64,000 bases of DNA, from NCBI GenBank assembly GCA_965238275.1, contig OZ250186.1, forward strand, positions 2,048,001-2,112,000. Reading direction: 5' to 3'. This document shows, in pieces, positions 1-14,997 of this stretch (position 1 is its first letter; every line of letters starts with the position of its first letter). This DNA comes from Nitrosopumilus sp. GTDB taxonomy: Archaea; Thermoproteota; Nitrososphaeria; Nitrososphaerales; Nitrosopumilaceae. A program made the position numbers and the translations under genes. The notes under the pieces are model-generated. The model had not been told where the DNA came from and did not search any database. It saw only the letters and a list, made by a program, of their open reading frames with translations.

Positions 1-744
1 GCCCACTTTTTTGGCCTCGTTTAGAATCGAGGCTGCCTTGCGCTTGCTTTTTTCGGTTAATTCGGCAACGCTTGCAATTCTTGAAATTCCCCTCACGGGA
101 TCGACTACGGGCATCTTCAGATCAAGTTCCCTATAGATCAGCCGGTAGCACCTTGCAACATCCTTTCTTCTGATGTTGATTCCGTTTGCAATATCATCCA
201 GCGTCCTTGGCGTCTCGGTGTTTCGGCATGAGGCATAAATGCACGCTGCGACAAGTCCCTGAATGGAACGGCCCCGGACCAGTTTTTTTTCCATGGCCTT
301 TCTGTAAATGTATGCGGCCTTTTCTATAACCGCATCGGTTAATGCAACCTTGTCCTTTAGCTTGTCCATCTCGCTGAGGGCATGGCGCAGGTTTCGGTCT
401 GCAGACGTATGTGCCTGCGTCCTGCTGTCCCATGTTCTCAGTCTCTCGATGGTGGTCTTTACACTTGCAGACAGGGGCTTTCCGGTGGAGTCCTTGTTGG
501 CCACGCCGATAATTGTCGACAGTCCCATATCGTGCATCTTCAACGATGAGCCTGCGCCAACGCGCGTCCTGCTGGCATCGTCGCTTGAAAATGAGCGCCA
601 TTCGGCGCCCGTATCAATGATCTTGTCAGTGACGACGATTCCGCACCTTCCACAGAGCATCTCTCCGGTATTGTCGTCAGTAACGATCCTCTTGTTGCCG
701 CATGCAGGACACCGCAATCCAGAGATCATGGAGTTTGCAAGCAT
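1..744 (-). CDS. tfb: Transcription initiation factor IIB (TFB), runs off the left edge of the window
   Basis: Translated by hand from ATG at 744: MLANSMISGLRCPACGNKRIVTDDNTGEMLCGRCGIVVTDKIIDTGAEWRSF. Contains the Zn ribbon and B-reader (GxEWR). Not in the ORF track because it has no stop within the window. Confidence 0.92.
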   Translation of the reverse strand, partial: MLANSMISGLRCPACGNKRIVTDDNTGEMLCGRCGIVVTDKIIDTGAEWRSFSSDDASRTRVGAGSSLKMHDMGLSTIIGVANKDSTGKPLSASVKTTIERLRTWDSRTQAHTSADRNLRHALSEMDKLKDKVALTDAVIEKAAYIYRKAMEKKLVRGRSIQGLVAACIYASCRNTETPRTLDDIANGINIRRKDVARCYRLIYRELDLKMPVVDPVRGISRIASVAELTEKSKRKAASILNEAKKVG

Positions 745-886
745 GGCATTGTGAACTCCTATTCCTTATTATCAGTTTTACATACTTTCTAAAGGTTAAC
801 TGTGTGTAGGTTAAGCTAAGCAGCCAAATGTTTCCCTACTCCATTACCGCAATCATGGCATCGTACCATGGAATTATTCGTGCAAG

Positions 887-1069
887 TCAGGCATCGCATG
901 CATTGCACGTAATATCATTAAAGCATCTACCGCAAAATATTCGGCCGCAATTTTGGCATTTCAGGCCATCATGGTTAACTCCGCACCAGTTGCACCACAT
1001 GTTACCGCATTCGCTGCATTGACCTGAATGCTTCCCCGTTGAAGCATGACCGCAAGTATGGCATTCCAT
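887..1069 (-). CDS. Small Cys-rich protein (60 aa, six CxxC pairs), putative multi-zinc finger
   Basis: All 12 Cys fall in CxxC pairs, which is unlikely for a random ORF. Confidence 0.65.
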   Translation of the reverse strand: MECHTCGHASTGKHSGQCSECGNMWCNWCGVNHDGLKCQNCGRIFCGRCFNDITCNACDA

Positions 1070-1398
1070 GAAATGGTAACGTGGGCTTGCTAGAAAAGGT
1101 TATTCATGCTCTTCCAGGAATTTGCAGGTATGGCATATGCCGTGCCTGCCGCAAAACACGCTGTCGTGACTCCTGCACGACATTCGCCGTCCGCGCAGGT
1201 TCTGCGCCGGATTGCACAACGCCTCCGACTGTCTCTGTGAGCCTCCCAGGAGGAGGGATCAGTCAACAAATAGACTGAATGGGCGACGACGAGCCCACAA
1301 GGCAATCCGCGTTTCAAGAATACGGGGGCAGGCGTTGCAAACCCCCAGTCGCCTGCATGAGTACGATGTCTCATTCTGGGATGTGAACACGCCGCACT

Positions 1399-1785
1399 AT
1401 GAGAATACTTAATTTGCTTGAAGTGGATAATTCTGTATTGGTTGAAGGCAATACGGGCAAGACAATCTCCGAGCTGCGGCAAAGGATTCGACGGATTCAA
1501 GAAGAGCTGGACCAGGTGGACGGTCCGGTATCGGATATTCCCGAACTGATAAACTCGACAAACATACTGCGTGCAAACGAGCAGCTCACAACGGTCGGCA
1601 ATAAGAAGTCAGAGCTGCTGGAAGTCTATGGGCAGTACACGCAGGTTCTGACAGATGCCATAATGACGATCATCAGGACGCAGAACAAAATAGCGGCGAT
1701 TCGAAAAAAACAGGCGTCAGCAACCCGGGCAAAAAGGGCAGGATCAAAAACCGGGCGCCGCAAAAATACCACCTCAAAAAAATAA
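1399..1785 (+). CDS. Hypothetical coiled-coil protein with basic C-terminal tail
   Basis: 128-aa ORF with heptad-like helices and a K/R-rich end. Start uncertain. Confidence 0.7.
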   Translation: MRILNLLEVDNSVLVEGNTGKTISELRQRIRRIQEELDQVDGPVSDIPELINSTNILRANEQLTTVGNKKSELLEVYGQYTQVLTDAIMTIIRTQNKIAAIRKKQASATRAKRAGSKTGRRKNTTSKK

Positions 1786-2137
1786 TTTTCGGCAGAGACC
1801 AGTTTGTCGTTGTAGTGCCACATGCAGGTATGGCGTGATGGTCTATTGCAAACGCCGACAGGGGAGGAAGGCTGTAGTGTATGGCTTGCCGACAAATGAC
1901 GGTGCACGGTTTGCCAATACATGTCCTGGATGAATAATAGTAATAGTAATGCGTATTTTTTCACATTTTGAGCATGTTTTGGCATCCACTCCAGGACATC
2001 AGGGTGCATCCCGGACGACAGACGATGGATCCGGGGATCGTTTTACTGGGCACCTGGTCTTGGGTTCATGCTGGCTACCATCTGAGTTTCTGGATCGGAT
2101 CACATGTGGTTAATTTTATTAGCAAGATCGTGTAATA

Positions 2138-2623
2138 ATGGGCATGTCCGAGCCAGGTAACGCCAACAGGTCTGCCATCGTACTTGCAAGGTGGTCAGAC
2201 AGGTTCATCGCGTGGCTGATTGACGCCGTGATTCTGACGGTTCTTGCATCAGCACTGCTGATTGGCATGTCAGGGGTGCCGGATTATAGCGAAGGGAGCG
2301 GCGATACGTCGGACATATCGAGTTATGCCATATCGGGCACCATATTTTTTGCATACTTTATCGCCCTAGAATACAGGACAGGCCAGACCATAGGAAAAAA
2401 GGCTCTCAACATAAGGCTAGTCGGAATAGACGGCGGGAGGCCTGGCTTGGCCGGAGTCGCAATCAGCAGCCTGGGAAAGGCGTTCATCCTGCCAATCGAC
2501 GTCATCGTTGGATTAATTGTCAGCAACGACAAGAGGCAGAGAATATGCAACAAGCTCGGAGACACCATTGTAGTCAAAATCAAGGAATCGGAACGTTCTG
2601 ATCTAAGATACGTAAAGGACTAG
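2138..2623 (+). CDS. RDD family membrane protein
   Basis: RFIAWLID, GQTIGKKALNIRLV and RQRICNKLGDTIVV motifs. Confidence 0.9.
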   Translation: MGMSEPGNANRSAIVLARWSDRFIAWLIDAVILTVLASALLIGMSGVPDYSEGSGDTSDISSYAISGTIFFAYFIALEYRTGQTIGKKALNIRLVGIDGGRPGLAGVAISSLGKAFILPIDVIVGLIVSNDKRQRICNKLGDTIVVKIKESERSDLRYVKD

Positions 2624-2864
2624 CGCGCTCGCAGGGACATTGGGTACAAATTCGCAAAAGTCTGCAAAAAGATTCCTTGCGGCGGCGGCGGCGGCCGTGC
2701 GGCCGCATCCAGAGATGCATTCCGCCGCAGTTGCCAAGCTGCAGACAGGAATGCATAGCATCCGCTAGCCTGTGATTTAAAAATAAAATCATCGTACAAG
2801 TCGTGTATATGTTCCACTTTATGAATCGAAGATGATTCATCGTGCATAGTCTCTATGTAAGTGG

Positions 2865-5850
<2,986 letters not shown>

Positions 5851-6003
5851 CAAATTCAGCCACATATTACACGACTATGCACGATGATCATCGCAAGTCC
5901 CCCGGTGGAGAACCTGCTACATCCTTCATACACCACTTTCATGATGCATTGCATCTGATGCTTCGATGTGAAGATTTGTGCATCCGTACACATTCCTTGT
6001 CTA

Positions 6004-7474
<1,471 letters not shown>

Positions 7475-7681
7475 CTGAATTATTTTTATTAGTACAAATG
7501 TACCATATTGGAATTGACGGATGCACATAATCTTCACTTCTCAGATATTGATCGCTTGATCAAATCCTCATTTCTGTATGCGTAACTGGAGGCCCGCGAA
7601 TCACAAATTGGCATAATGCCAAACTTCATCACAAGCGCCGCCTATTGCGTTACGTATGCAGAAGTATGGAACTTTGAAATC

Positions 7682-7690
7682 CATATAAAC
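7682..7690 (-). promoter_or_regulatory. Probable TATA box of the rRNA operon
   Basis: GTTTATATG on the minus strand about 210 nt upstream of the 16S start. Confidence 0.45.
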
Positions 7691-7808
7691 CATGCGTAGA
7701 ACCTGTCCTGGCCAGCACAAAACCCAAAAAAATGCAGCATTCCACATGGTACACCGTCCCTGCACCCCAGGACGCGTTGCGGGCATGCCAATTTGGACAA
7801 CAGTTAAA

Positions 7809-9158
7809 ATGATAGTGTCATTTACCGGGTGGTATTGCAAGATTACGTCTCTGAGTACAGGGAAAAGACGAGAGAATCTGCCAAGCTGTTTGCAGCTGTT
7901 TGCAAAATCGGCCGAGCTTCACGTAAACGGCGTATCCCACAACATCAGGTATTATGATCCGTATCCGTTTGTAGTCAGATCGTCTGCAGGTGCCAGTCTT
8001 GAGGATGTGGACGGCAACAGGTACACTGACTACTGGATGGGTCACTGGGTTCTGATTCTGGGACATGCCAGCGACAGGATTGCCGAAGCGCTAGGCGAGC
8101 AGATTTCCCAAGGCTGGATGTACGGGACGGTAAACGAGCAGACCATAAGACTCTCGGAACTGATCTCAAAGGCGGTTCCCGTGTCTGAGAAGATTCGTTA
8201 CGTGCCGTCAGGAGCCGAGGCTGCCATGTATGCAGTCAGGCTTGCGCGCTCGGTAACTGGAAGAGGCGTGATTGCAAAGGTTGACGGCGGATGGCACGGG
8301 TACTCCTCGGATCTGCTCAAGAGCGTGAATTGGCCGTTTGCAGAACCGGAGAGTGCCGGGATGGTCAACGGGACAAAGATTGTGTCCATCCCATACAACA
8401 ACCTGGAAGAATCACTGAGTATCCTGAGGGAATGCGCAGGGGATCTGGCAGGAGTCATAATCGAACCAATACTTGGAAGCGGGGGATGCATTCCCGCAAC
8501 CAGGGAGTATCTTGCAGGGATTGAGGAGTTTGCCCACAAAAACGGCTCGCTGTTCATACTGGACGAGGTTGTCACCGGTTTCAGGTTAAGGTACGGATGC
8601 CTGTATCCGACGATGGGGCTTGATCCGGACATTGTGACTCTGGGAAAGATTGTAGGGGGCGGGATGCCGATAGGCGCCATATGCGGCAAGGATGAGATCA
8701 TGAGGCATGCAGACACCACGGGGAAGAAAAAGTCTGAGAGAAGCTATGTGGGGGGCGGCACGTTCTCTGCAAACCCCATGTCCATGACTGCAGGGTACGA
8801 GACGCTAAACCATCTGAGAACAAAAAGATCAGTATATTCAAGGATCAACGCCCTCGGCGAAACGGCCAGGACGGAGCTTGCAAGGATATTTGATGGCAGG
8901 GCGGTGGTAACCGGAGAGGGGTCCATGTTCATTACACACTTTCCAAGGGACGGCGCGGCCACGATTACAGACGGGTTGCAGGCTGCCAGATGCGACCGGC
9001 AGATGCATCAGAATTATCACTTTAAGATGATTGCGCATGACGGGATATTTTTCCTGCCAGGAATGATGGGTGCGATATCGGATGCGCATACCAAAGACGA
9101 CATCAAAAGAATGGTTCTTGCATCAGAAGACTTTGTGTGCGAACTGCCTGCATCCTGA
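7809..9158 (+). CDS. hemL: Class III PLP aminotransferase, glutamate-1-semialdehyde 2,1-aminomutase-like. N-terminus disturbed by a 10-bp duplication.
   Basis: DVDGNRY, LFILDEVVTGFR, TLGKIVGGG (PLP Lys) and GTFSANP motifs. Confidence 0.8.
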   Translation: MIVSFTGWYCKITSLSTGKRRENLPSCLQLFAKSAELHVNGVSHNIRYYDPYPFVVRSSAGASLEDVDGNRYTDYWMGHWVLILGHASDRIAEALGEQISQGWMYGTVNEQTIRLSELISKAVPVSEKIRYVPSGAEAAMYAVRLARSVTGRGVIAKVDGGWHGYSSDLLKSVNWPFAEPESAGMVNGTKIVSIPYNNLEESLSILRECAGDLAGVIIEPILGSGGCIPATREYLAGIEEFAHKNGSLFILDEVVTGFRLRYGCLYPTMGLDPDIVTLGKIVGGGMPIGAICGKDEIMRHADTTGKKKSERSYVGGGTFSANPMSMTAGYETLNHLRTKRSVYSRINALGETARTELARIFDGRAVVTGEGSMFITHFPRDGAATITDGLQAARCDRQMHQNYHFKMIAHDGIFFLPGMMGAISDAHTKDDIKRMVLASEDFVCELPAS

Positions 9159-9161
9159 CTG

Positions 9162-9215
<54 letters not shown>

Positions 9216-9260
9216 TACGTCCCGGAAACCTGGAGGCGGGTTCAGGCCCATGCGTGTTTC

Positions 9261-9722
9261 CTAGACTATGCCCGAAACCACACTCTCAAAGTCAGACTCG
9301 TACCATACAGTCTCATACGCGGCGTTTTTTCCAGGCAGGATGTTTATCGCAATGTGGGAGAACGTCTCCCCGGGGTTCTCTGAGCCGTGCGTATGGAGTG
9401 CCTGCTTTGGAATCCGCACCACGTCGCCTTCCCGGAGTTCAATCCTCTGGGTTCTCTGGATTCCAAAGCTGTCCGTGCCGCCGCCGGCTCCATCGCGTTC
9501 AAAGATCTCAAGGCTGCCAATGCCGGCAGTTGCAATCAGCACCTGTGGCCCGTTGTGCACATGGAGTTTTGTCTTGGAGCCGTCCTCAAAGTGTACATGG
9601 TAGATGTCCTGTTCCTCGGACTCGATCCTCTCTGAGAGGACCTTCATCCAAGTTTTGGCAGTAAACCAGTCCGGATTTATCTCCCTCCGGTCTCCGGTTC
9701 CATGTATGCTTGATTTGTTCAT
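9261..9722 (-). CDS. Cupin domain protein
   Basis: LHVHNGPQVL and GDVVRIPKQALHTHG cupin motifs. Confidence 0.9.
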   Translation of the reverse strand: MNKSSIHGTGDRREINPDWFTAKTWMKVLSERIESEEQDIYHVHFEDGSKTKLHVHNGPQVLIATAGIGSLEIFERDGAGGGTDSFGIQRTQRIELREGDVVRIPKQALHTHGSENPGETFSHIAINILPGKNAAYETVWYESDFESVVSGIV

Positions 9723-10081
9723 ATTCGATCTAGAATCTTTTTCTTCTTTTCATTAAACTCGTCATCGGTGAGTATTCCGGCATCCCGCAGGCCGGCCAGC
9801 CTTTCAAGCATGTCCAGATCGTTTGCCGGATCGGACCCCGCATCACTTACGCGTGACACCCCGGCGTTGATCTTTTGGATTCCCCTCTTTTGTAGTTCAG
9901 TTCCCTCTTTTTTTGCCCGGCTGTGAATCTCCTTGGATGCCTTGGATGCCTGCCGGGCAGTCATCGATCCCATCTCGACTGCATCCTCAAGAATCTTGTC
10001 GGCAGACTTGACGCCGTTCTGCAGTGCCGAATCCGCCTTTTTCAGAAACTTGTCAATGTATCCGCCTTTTTTTGTTGACAT
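9719..10081 (-). CDS. SHOCT domain protein
   Basis: C-terminal LERLAGLRDAGILTDDEFNEKKKKIL. Start reassigned to MSTKKGG. Confidence 0.85.
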   Translation of the reverse strand: MSTKKGGYIDKFLKKADSALQNGVKSADKILEDAVEMGSMTARQASKASKEIHSRAKKEGTELQKRGIQKINAGVSRVSDAGSDPANDLDMLERLAGLRDAGILTDDEFNEKKKKILDRI

Positions 10082-10425
10082 GTGCGTGTTGATCCCCCTT
10101 TGTTCTATTATTTCTTTCTGCATGGAGGAGGAGGAGGAGGGGATGTTTGGGATGCCGGTATCTGCGGGAATGGCTGCTCTGTGCACCAGACAGGACAGGG
10201 GCCAGTCGTCATCACCACATACTGGGATTGCCCGGATGGCATGGTATGGTATGGTATGGCGGCTGAACCGGCAGTACGCTCTTGTCAGATGCCGCGCGGC
10301 GTCTGAAAAATCTCAGAAAAATTCGATGGTGCCAGGTCGCACAGCAAAACATGTTTAATAGTCAGGATTGCATCATTTTGTCGTACTTGGAAGAATCCCC
10401 CGGCACAAAGACAGTCGTATTGAGA

Positions 10426-11091
10426 ATGAGCATCAATGAGACAGAAGCAATGGAAATAGTGGAACAAAAAAAGGCAGGCCAGTTTGGCTCAATGCTTTCA
10501 AGAGTCAAAAAAGAGGAGATTGTCGTAGGTCTGCCGGAGGTATACTACGAATGCATGCTGAGAGTTGCAGGAAGGTATGCGGCCAACTACTACGTAAAGA
10601 AGGTTCACACTATTACCGTGACCTCAAATGTGAGGGATGTGGTACTGGGAGACACGACGTTTCCCATCAACACAAAATCAAAATTCGGGAAGATCATCTC
10701 GGGAAAGCACGGAAAGAGCAAGGTTGATCTGGAACTAGACGAGCACGTCTTCATCGAGGAGAAGGACGAGCTGACATTTGATCACCATGGGATGGAGGCA
10801 GAATTCCCGTTCAAGATAGACTCCAATACCGTTGAGAGCTATCCAGACAGCATACTTGAAGACGGCAAGACGGCCGTCAGGGATGCCGGGATGACGCATG
10901 ATGAGGCGGTCCAGAGACTTGAGCAGTCACTCAAGGGGGGCATGGACGATGATGCCAAGAACATTCAGGAGGAGTTTGTCATGGACGGCATTACCAGGGT
11001 GTACGTCCCAATCTTTGAGGTCAGGCTGAGCGGATCGGACAAGAGGGAGAAGATAATTCGGATTGACGCCGTACGAAAAAAGATAGTGTGA
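10426..11091 (+). CDS. Hypothetical protein
   Basis: Long ORF with typical codon usage. Start chosen at MSINETEAM. Confidence 0.75.
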   Translation: MSINETEAMEIVEQKKAGQFGSMLSRVKKEEIVVGLPEVYYECMLRVAGRYAANYYVKKVHTITVTSNVRDVVLGDTTFPINTKSKFGKIISGKHGKSKVDLELDEHVFIEEKDELTFDHHGMEAEFPFKIDSNTVESYPDSILEDGKTAVRDAGMTHDEAVQRLEQSLKGGMDDDAKNIQEEFVMDGITRVYVPIFEVRLSGSDKREKIIRIDAVRKKIV

Positions 11092-11103
11092 CTGGCACCA
11101 TCA

Positions 11104-11925
11104 TCACATCTTTACAAGCTTTCTGAACTGCTCGTTGTCGTAAAACCTTTGAAATATCTTCTCCTCCTTTGCCCAGGCGCGAATCGTCTTGGGGTTCTTT
11201 GATACGGCCTGCCTCAGCAGATTCATCGATTCAGAGTACCGGCCAATCTCTGCCAGGCTTCTGGACTTTGCATAGATGATGTTTACGTTGTTGCCATACT
11301 TTGAGAGGATCCGATCAAAGATGTCTACTGCCTTTGCGTGCTTTCCAAGCTCTGCAAGCTCGATGCCCACATGGAAGAATGCATCCATGTGGGACGGGTT
11401 CTTCTTGTGAACCCTCTCAAAGCAGTTCAGCGCCTCCTCGTGCCTCTTGAGCTTGCCCAGGATGATCCCCTTGTAGAACAGCGCGTTTGTCTTTCTTGGG
11501 GCGATGGATATTGCCTTTTCCAGCACGGTTATCGCCTCCTCGTGCAGCCGCAGCTTGTCAAGCAGTACCCCCTTGTTGAAGTATGATGCAGCATGCCTGG
11601 GGTCTGCGGCAATCGCACGATCATAGTACTCTGCAGCGCCCTGGGTATCGCCCAGTTCTGCCAGTGCGATTCCCTTGTTGTTTAGGGCCTGGGCGTCGTC
11701 GGGGTTGATCCTCAAAAGTAGGTCAAAACACGTAACGGCATCGCTGTACTTTTTAATCTGGTTTAGCGCAAGGCCCTTGTTGTACAGTGCCGCAGTATTC
11801 TCGGGATCCTGTTTTAGAATCTTGCTAAAGAGCGGGATGGCGCCCTTTGGGTGGTTCTGATCCAGCAATGACATTGCAGTGTGCATCAGATCCTCAGGAT
11901 GCTCTTTTGAGCCAAACAGCCCCAT
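11104..11925 (-). CDS. TPR repeat protein
   Basis: Repeated ALYNKGxAL...A-type 34-aa units. Confidence 0.93.
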   Translation of the reverse strand: MGLFGSKEHPEDLMHTAMSLLDQNHPKGAIPLFSKILKQDPENTAALYNKGLALNQIKKYSDAVTCFDLLLRINPDDAQALNNKGIALAELGDTQGAAEYYDRAIAADPRHAASYFNKGVLLDKLRLHEEAITVLEKAISIAPRKTNALFYKGIILGKLKRHEEALNCFERVHKKNPSHMDAFFHVGIELAELGKHAKAVDIFDRILSKYGNNVNIIYAKSRSLAEIGRYSESMNLLRQAVSKNPKTIRAWAKEEKIFQRFYDNEQFRKLVKM

Positions 11926-11964
11926 AACCTTACACCGCCATACAATGGCTAATGAAAGTTTGGT

Positions 11965-12072
11965 TTACTGTAATGACTTGAATCTCTTGATTGCCTCTTT
12001 TGCCATATCCTCCTGCTCCTCTGCAGTCGTATCGGTGGGGTCTTCAGTCGCATATGCTTCTCGGTCTTCCAT
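11965..12072 (-). CDS. Putative 35-aa acidic micro-protein
   Basis: MEDREAYATEDPTDTTAEEQEDMAKEAIKRFKSLQ, the 3' part of track ORF 11965..12312. Confidence 0.4.
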   Translation of the reverse strand: MEDREAYATEDPTDTTAEEQEDMAKEAIKRFKSLQ

Positions 12073-12232
12073 GGGTATTGACACAATCTGCACGATAAAA
12101 ACATGTTTCTTGCCACTCGGGGCGTGGGGTGATTGCGCGTCTTTCAGGACAATGCCTGAAAGTGGGATCAGACATGGCCTGATTGGACAGCCAAGTGTCC
12201 GGAGATATAGATAATTATTTTTAACGTAGAGT

Positions 12233-12907
12233 GTGCCTGTACCAGTAGTGAACACAAACCAGGCCCTCAGACTGCTGAATGTGGACAAGGACTCTTCAGA
12301 CGAGGAGATCAAGTCGGCATACAGAAGGATGGCACTAGAGTTTCATCCGGACAGAAACGGGAACGACAACGAGGGTGCCAAATTTAAAAAGATTACAGAG
12401 GCGTACACCTTTCTAAAAAAGAACCACCGTGCAGGCTCGACGCCGGGCACAAGGCCCAAGACAAAGGGTCCAAGAGCCAGATGGGGGGCGACAGCCCAGG
12501 AGGATCAAAAGATTCCCGAGCAGGACTGGGGCAAGCACACGAGGGGGTTTGAGGAGGCAGAACCGGATGTCTGGAAAGAGTACGAGAGGAACTTTTGGAA
12601 GGAGTACAACGCCAAGGTACGGCCCGACGGCAGAAACGGCGAGTATGAGAAGGCCAGGGAACCCAGCGCACAGCCGAATCTCTTTGTGGATGTTGACAAG
12701 AGCAAGTGCATAGGCTGCTGCAGCTGCGAGACCATAGCGCCCAGCGTCTTTGAGATAGACAAGGAGAGCACGATGAATCCCAAGTCACGGGTGATCAACC
12801 AGCGCGGGGCGGGCGTAAACAAGATAATGAGCGCCGCCCAGACGTGTCCGACAAAGGCGATCATCGTGGAGAACTGCGACACCAGGGAGAGGATGTTCCC
12901 CTATTGA
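12233..12907 (+). CDS. DnaJ-ferredoxin fusion protein (DnaJ-Fer)
   Basis: J-domain with HPD plus a C-terminal ferredoxin (CIGCCSC...CPTKAI). Confidence 0.92.
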   Translation: MPVPVVNTNQALRLLNVDKDSSDEEIKSAYRRMALEFHPDRNGNDNEGAKFKKITEAYTFLKKNHRAGSTPGTRPKTKGPRARWGATAQEDQKIPEQDWGKHTRGFEEAEPDVWKEYERNFWKEYNAKVRPDGRNGEYEKAREPSAQPNLFVDVDKSKCIGCCSCETIAPSVFEIDKESTMNPKSRVINQRGAGVNKIMSAAQTCPTKAIIVENCDTRERMFPY

Positions 12908-13317
12908 TTATTCTGTAGCATCCTGCATATGCCATCGGATTCTGACTCGGGAATACTCAACGGCGGTCCAAACATGCTGTGTATGGGACCTGCAGAGTCG
13001 TCGGCGCTCCTGGGGACCAGATGGACGTGCACGTGCGGTATCTCCTGGCCGGCATCCCTGCCGTTATGGATTGCGACCAGGGTGGAGCCGGATATCGAGT
13101 CAACCCTGGATGCCATCTTGCGCACCAGCAGGAACAGATCGGTAGTCTCCCGGATACTCATGTCCTGAATCCTCTGCCTGTGCGCCCTTGGCATCACGAG
13201 CACGTGGCCCCTGGCAAGCGGGAACGCGTCCAGCATGGATACAGAGTCTTCAGTCTCCAGTATGACCTTGGCCGGAATTTCCCCGGATGCTATCCTACAG
13301 AAGATGCAGCCCATCAA
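12901..13317 (-). CDS. hit: HIT family nucleotide hydrolase
   Basis: CIFC and HVHVHLVPR motifs. Confidence 0.95.
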   Translation of the reverse strand: MMGCIFCRIASGEIPAKVILETEDSVSMLDAFPLARGHVLVMPRAHRQRIQDMSIRETTDLFLLVRKMASRVDSISGSTLVAIHNGRDAGQEIPHVHVHLVPRSADDSAGPIHSMFGPPLSIPESESDGICRMLQNNQ

Positions 13318-13352
13318 GCCAGGTACGGGTTATTAAGATATTAAACCACCGG

Positions 13353-13631
13353 TTACGGCTCGACTATGCTGGCCCAGGCAAGGCCCTGGCCGTACTTTAC
13401 AGTCGCGTCATCCCCGGGCGCAAGGGTGCAGTCCTCGATGGTCTTTGGAATGTCGTCGCTGGTCTCGACATAGCAGGTGCCGCCGTCGTTTGTCAGTATC
13501 GTGACATCCTCGTACACGTCCTCGCGAATCAGATTCCAGAAGGGAAACACCGCAGTCGCAAGGACGATCCCTGCAGCCACAAGCGCGCCGCCAAACACAA
13601 GGCCGCCCTTTTGGCCGGATGTCAGCTCCAT
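13353..13631 (-). CDS. Small membrane-anchored hypothetical protein
   Basis: N-terminal TM helix followed by a short beta-rich domain with two Cys. Confidence 0.75.
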   Translation of the reverse strand: MELTSGQKGGLVFGGALVAAGIVLATAVFPFWNLIREDVYEDVTILTNDGGTCYVETSDDIPKTIEDCTLAPGDDATVKYGQGLAWASIVEP

Positions 13632-13635
13632 CCCG

Positions 13636-13800
13636 TTACCACGTACCGCCTTCGCCCAGATTGTTGTCCATCTTCTTGGCAGGGACGTTCCCGTGTGCCT
13701 TTTTCATGTGCCTCTTGAGGCGCTCCGGGTTGTAAAGCTCCGTGCCGCATGTGCCGCACTTTGTCTGACTCTGATCCTTTTCACGCTTGAACAGGCCCAT
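13636..13800 (-). CDS. 54-aa C2H2 zinc-finger micro-protein (not in ORF track)
   Basis: Hand translation: MGLFKREKDQSQTKCGTCGTELYNPERLKRHMKKAHGNVPAKKMDNNLGEGGTW. TTTATAA about 25 nt upstream. Confidence 0.8.
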   Translation of the reverse strand: MGLFKREKDQSQTKCGTCGTELYNPERLKRHMKKAHGNVPAKKMDNNLGEGGTW

Positions 13801-13854
13801 GACATTGTGAATACTTGGGATACATTATAAAGGATACCTTGCTCGCAGGATGGT

Positions 13855-14997
13855 ATGGCAATTAGGAACATCACGGTTCTCGGATCCGGGGTCATGGGGC
13901 ACGGAATCGCCCAGGTCTCGGCGGCTGCAGGATACGACATAGTGCTGCGGGACATCAAGGAGGAATTCCTGGACAGGGCCATGGGAAAGATAAGGTGGAG
14001 CCTGGACAAGATGGTCTCCAAGGGGAGAATCTCAAGGGAGGAGGGGGACGCCATCCTTGGCAGGATCACCCCCGTAGTGGACTTGGACGAGGCGGTAGGC
14101 AACGCAGAGATGGTAATCGAGGTGGTTCCAGAGATTATGGATTTAAAGAAAAAGGTATACGCGGAGCTTGACAGGGCAGCCTCGCCGGAGGTGGTCTTTG
14201 CATCAAACACAAGCACGCTGCCAATCACCGAGATTGCAGCCACCACGTCACGCCAGGACAGGTTCATCGGCATTCACTTCTTCAACCCGCCGCAGCTGAT
14301 GAAGCTGGTAGAGGTGATTCCGGGTGAAAAGACATCCGATGCAGTCACAAAGATGACCCTGGAGTATGTAAAGTCTGTAAACAAGCAGGCAGTGCTGTGC
14401 AGAAGGGACGTTCCCGGGTTCATAGTCAACAGGCTGTTCATTCCGATGGTACACGAGGCATGCTACCTGATGGACAGGACCGGGGCCACGCTTGAAGAGA
14501 TCGACTCGGCAGTCAAGTTCAAAATGGGATTCCCGATGGGGATATTCGAGCTTGCCGACTTTACGGGAATGGACGTAATCCACAAGGCGACCACGGAGAT
14601 GCACATGCGCGACAAGAAGGTGATCAACCCGCACCCGCTGGTCAAAAGGATGTTTGAGGAGAAGAGGCTGGGACAAAAGTCAGGAGAGGGATACTACAAG
14701 CATTCCGAGGACAACTACGAGCGCGTCGCGCTCTCAGAGGAATTGGCAGGCAGGTGCAATCCGATCCAGCTGGTGGCAAACATCCTAAACAACGCCGCAT
14801 GGCTTGTCACAAACGGCGCAAGCGACATAGAGGAGATTGAAAAGGCCGCGCGGCTCGGGCTGGGGCTGAAGAAACCCCTCTTTGAGACTGCAAGGGAGAT
14901 AGGAATCAACGCCATCGTAGACGAGCTGAACAGGCTTGCCGGCAAGCACGGCGAATTTTACAGGCCGGATCCGCTGCTTGTATCTATGATGGTGTGA
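13855..14997 (+). CDS. 3-hydroxyacyl/3-hydroxybutyryl-CoA dehydrogenase (HP/HB cycle candidate)
   Basis: GSGVMGHGIA, SNTS, HFFNP and PMGIFELAD motifs. Confidence 0.92.
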   Translation: MAIRNITVLGSGVMGHGIAQVSAAAGYDIVLRDIKEEFLDRAMGKIRWSLDKMVSKGRISREEGDAILGRITPVVDLDEAVGNAEMVIEVVPEIMDLKKKVYAELDRAASPEVVFASNTSTLPITEIAATTSRQDRFIGIHFFNPPQLMKLVEVIPGEKTSDAVTKMTLEYVKSVNKQAVLCRRDVPGFIVNRLFIPMVHEACYLMDRTGATLEEIDSAVKFKMGFPMGIFELADFTGMDVIHKATTEMHMRDKKVINPHPLVKRMFEEKRLGQKSGEGYYKHSEDNYERVALSEELAGRCNPIQLVANILNNAAWLVTNGASDIEEIEKAARLGLGLKKPLFETAREIGINAIVDELNRLAGKHGEFYRPDPLLVSMMV

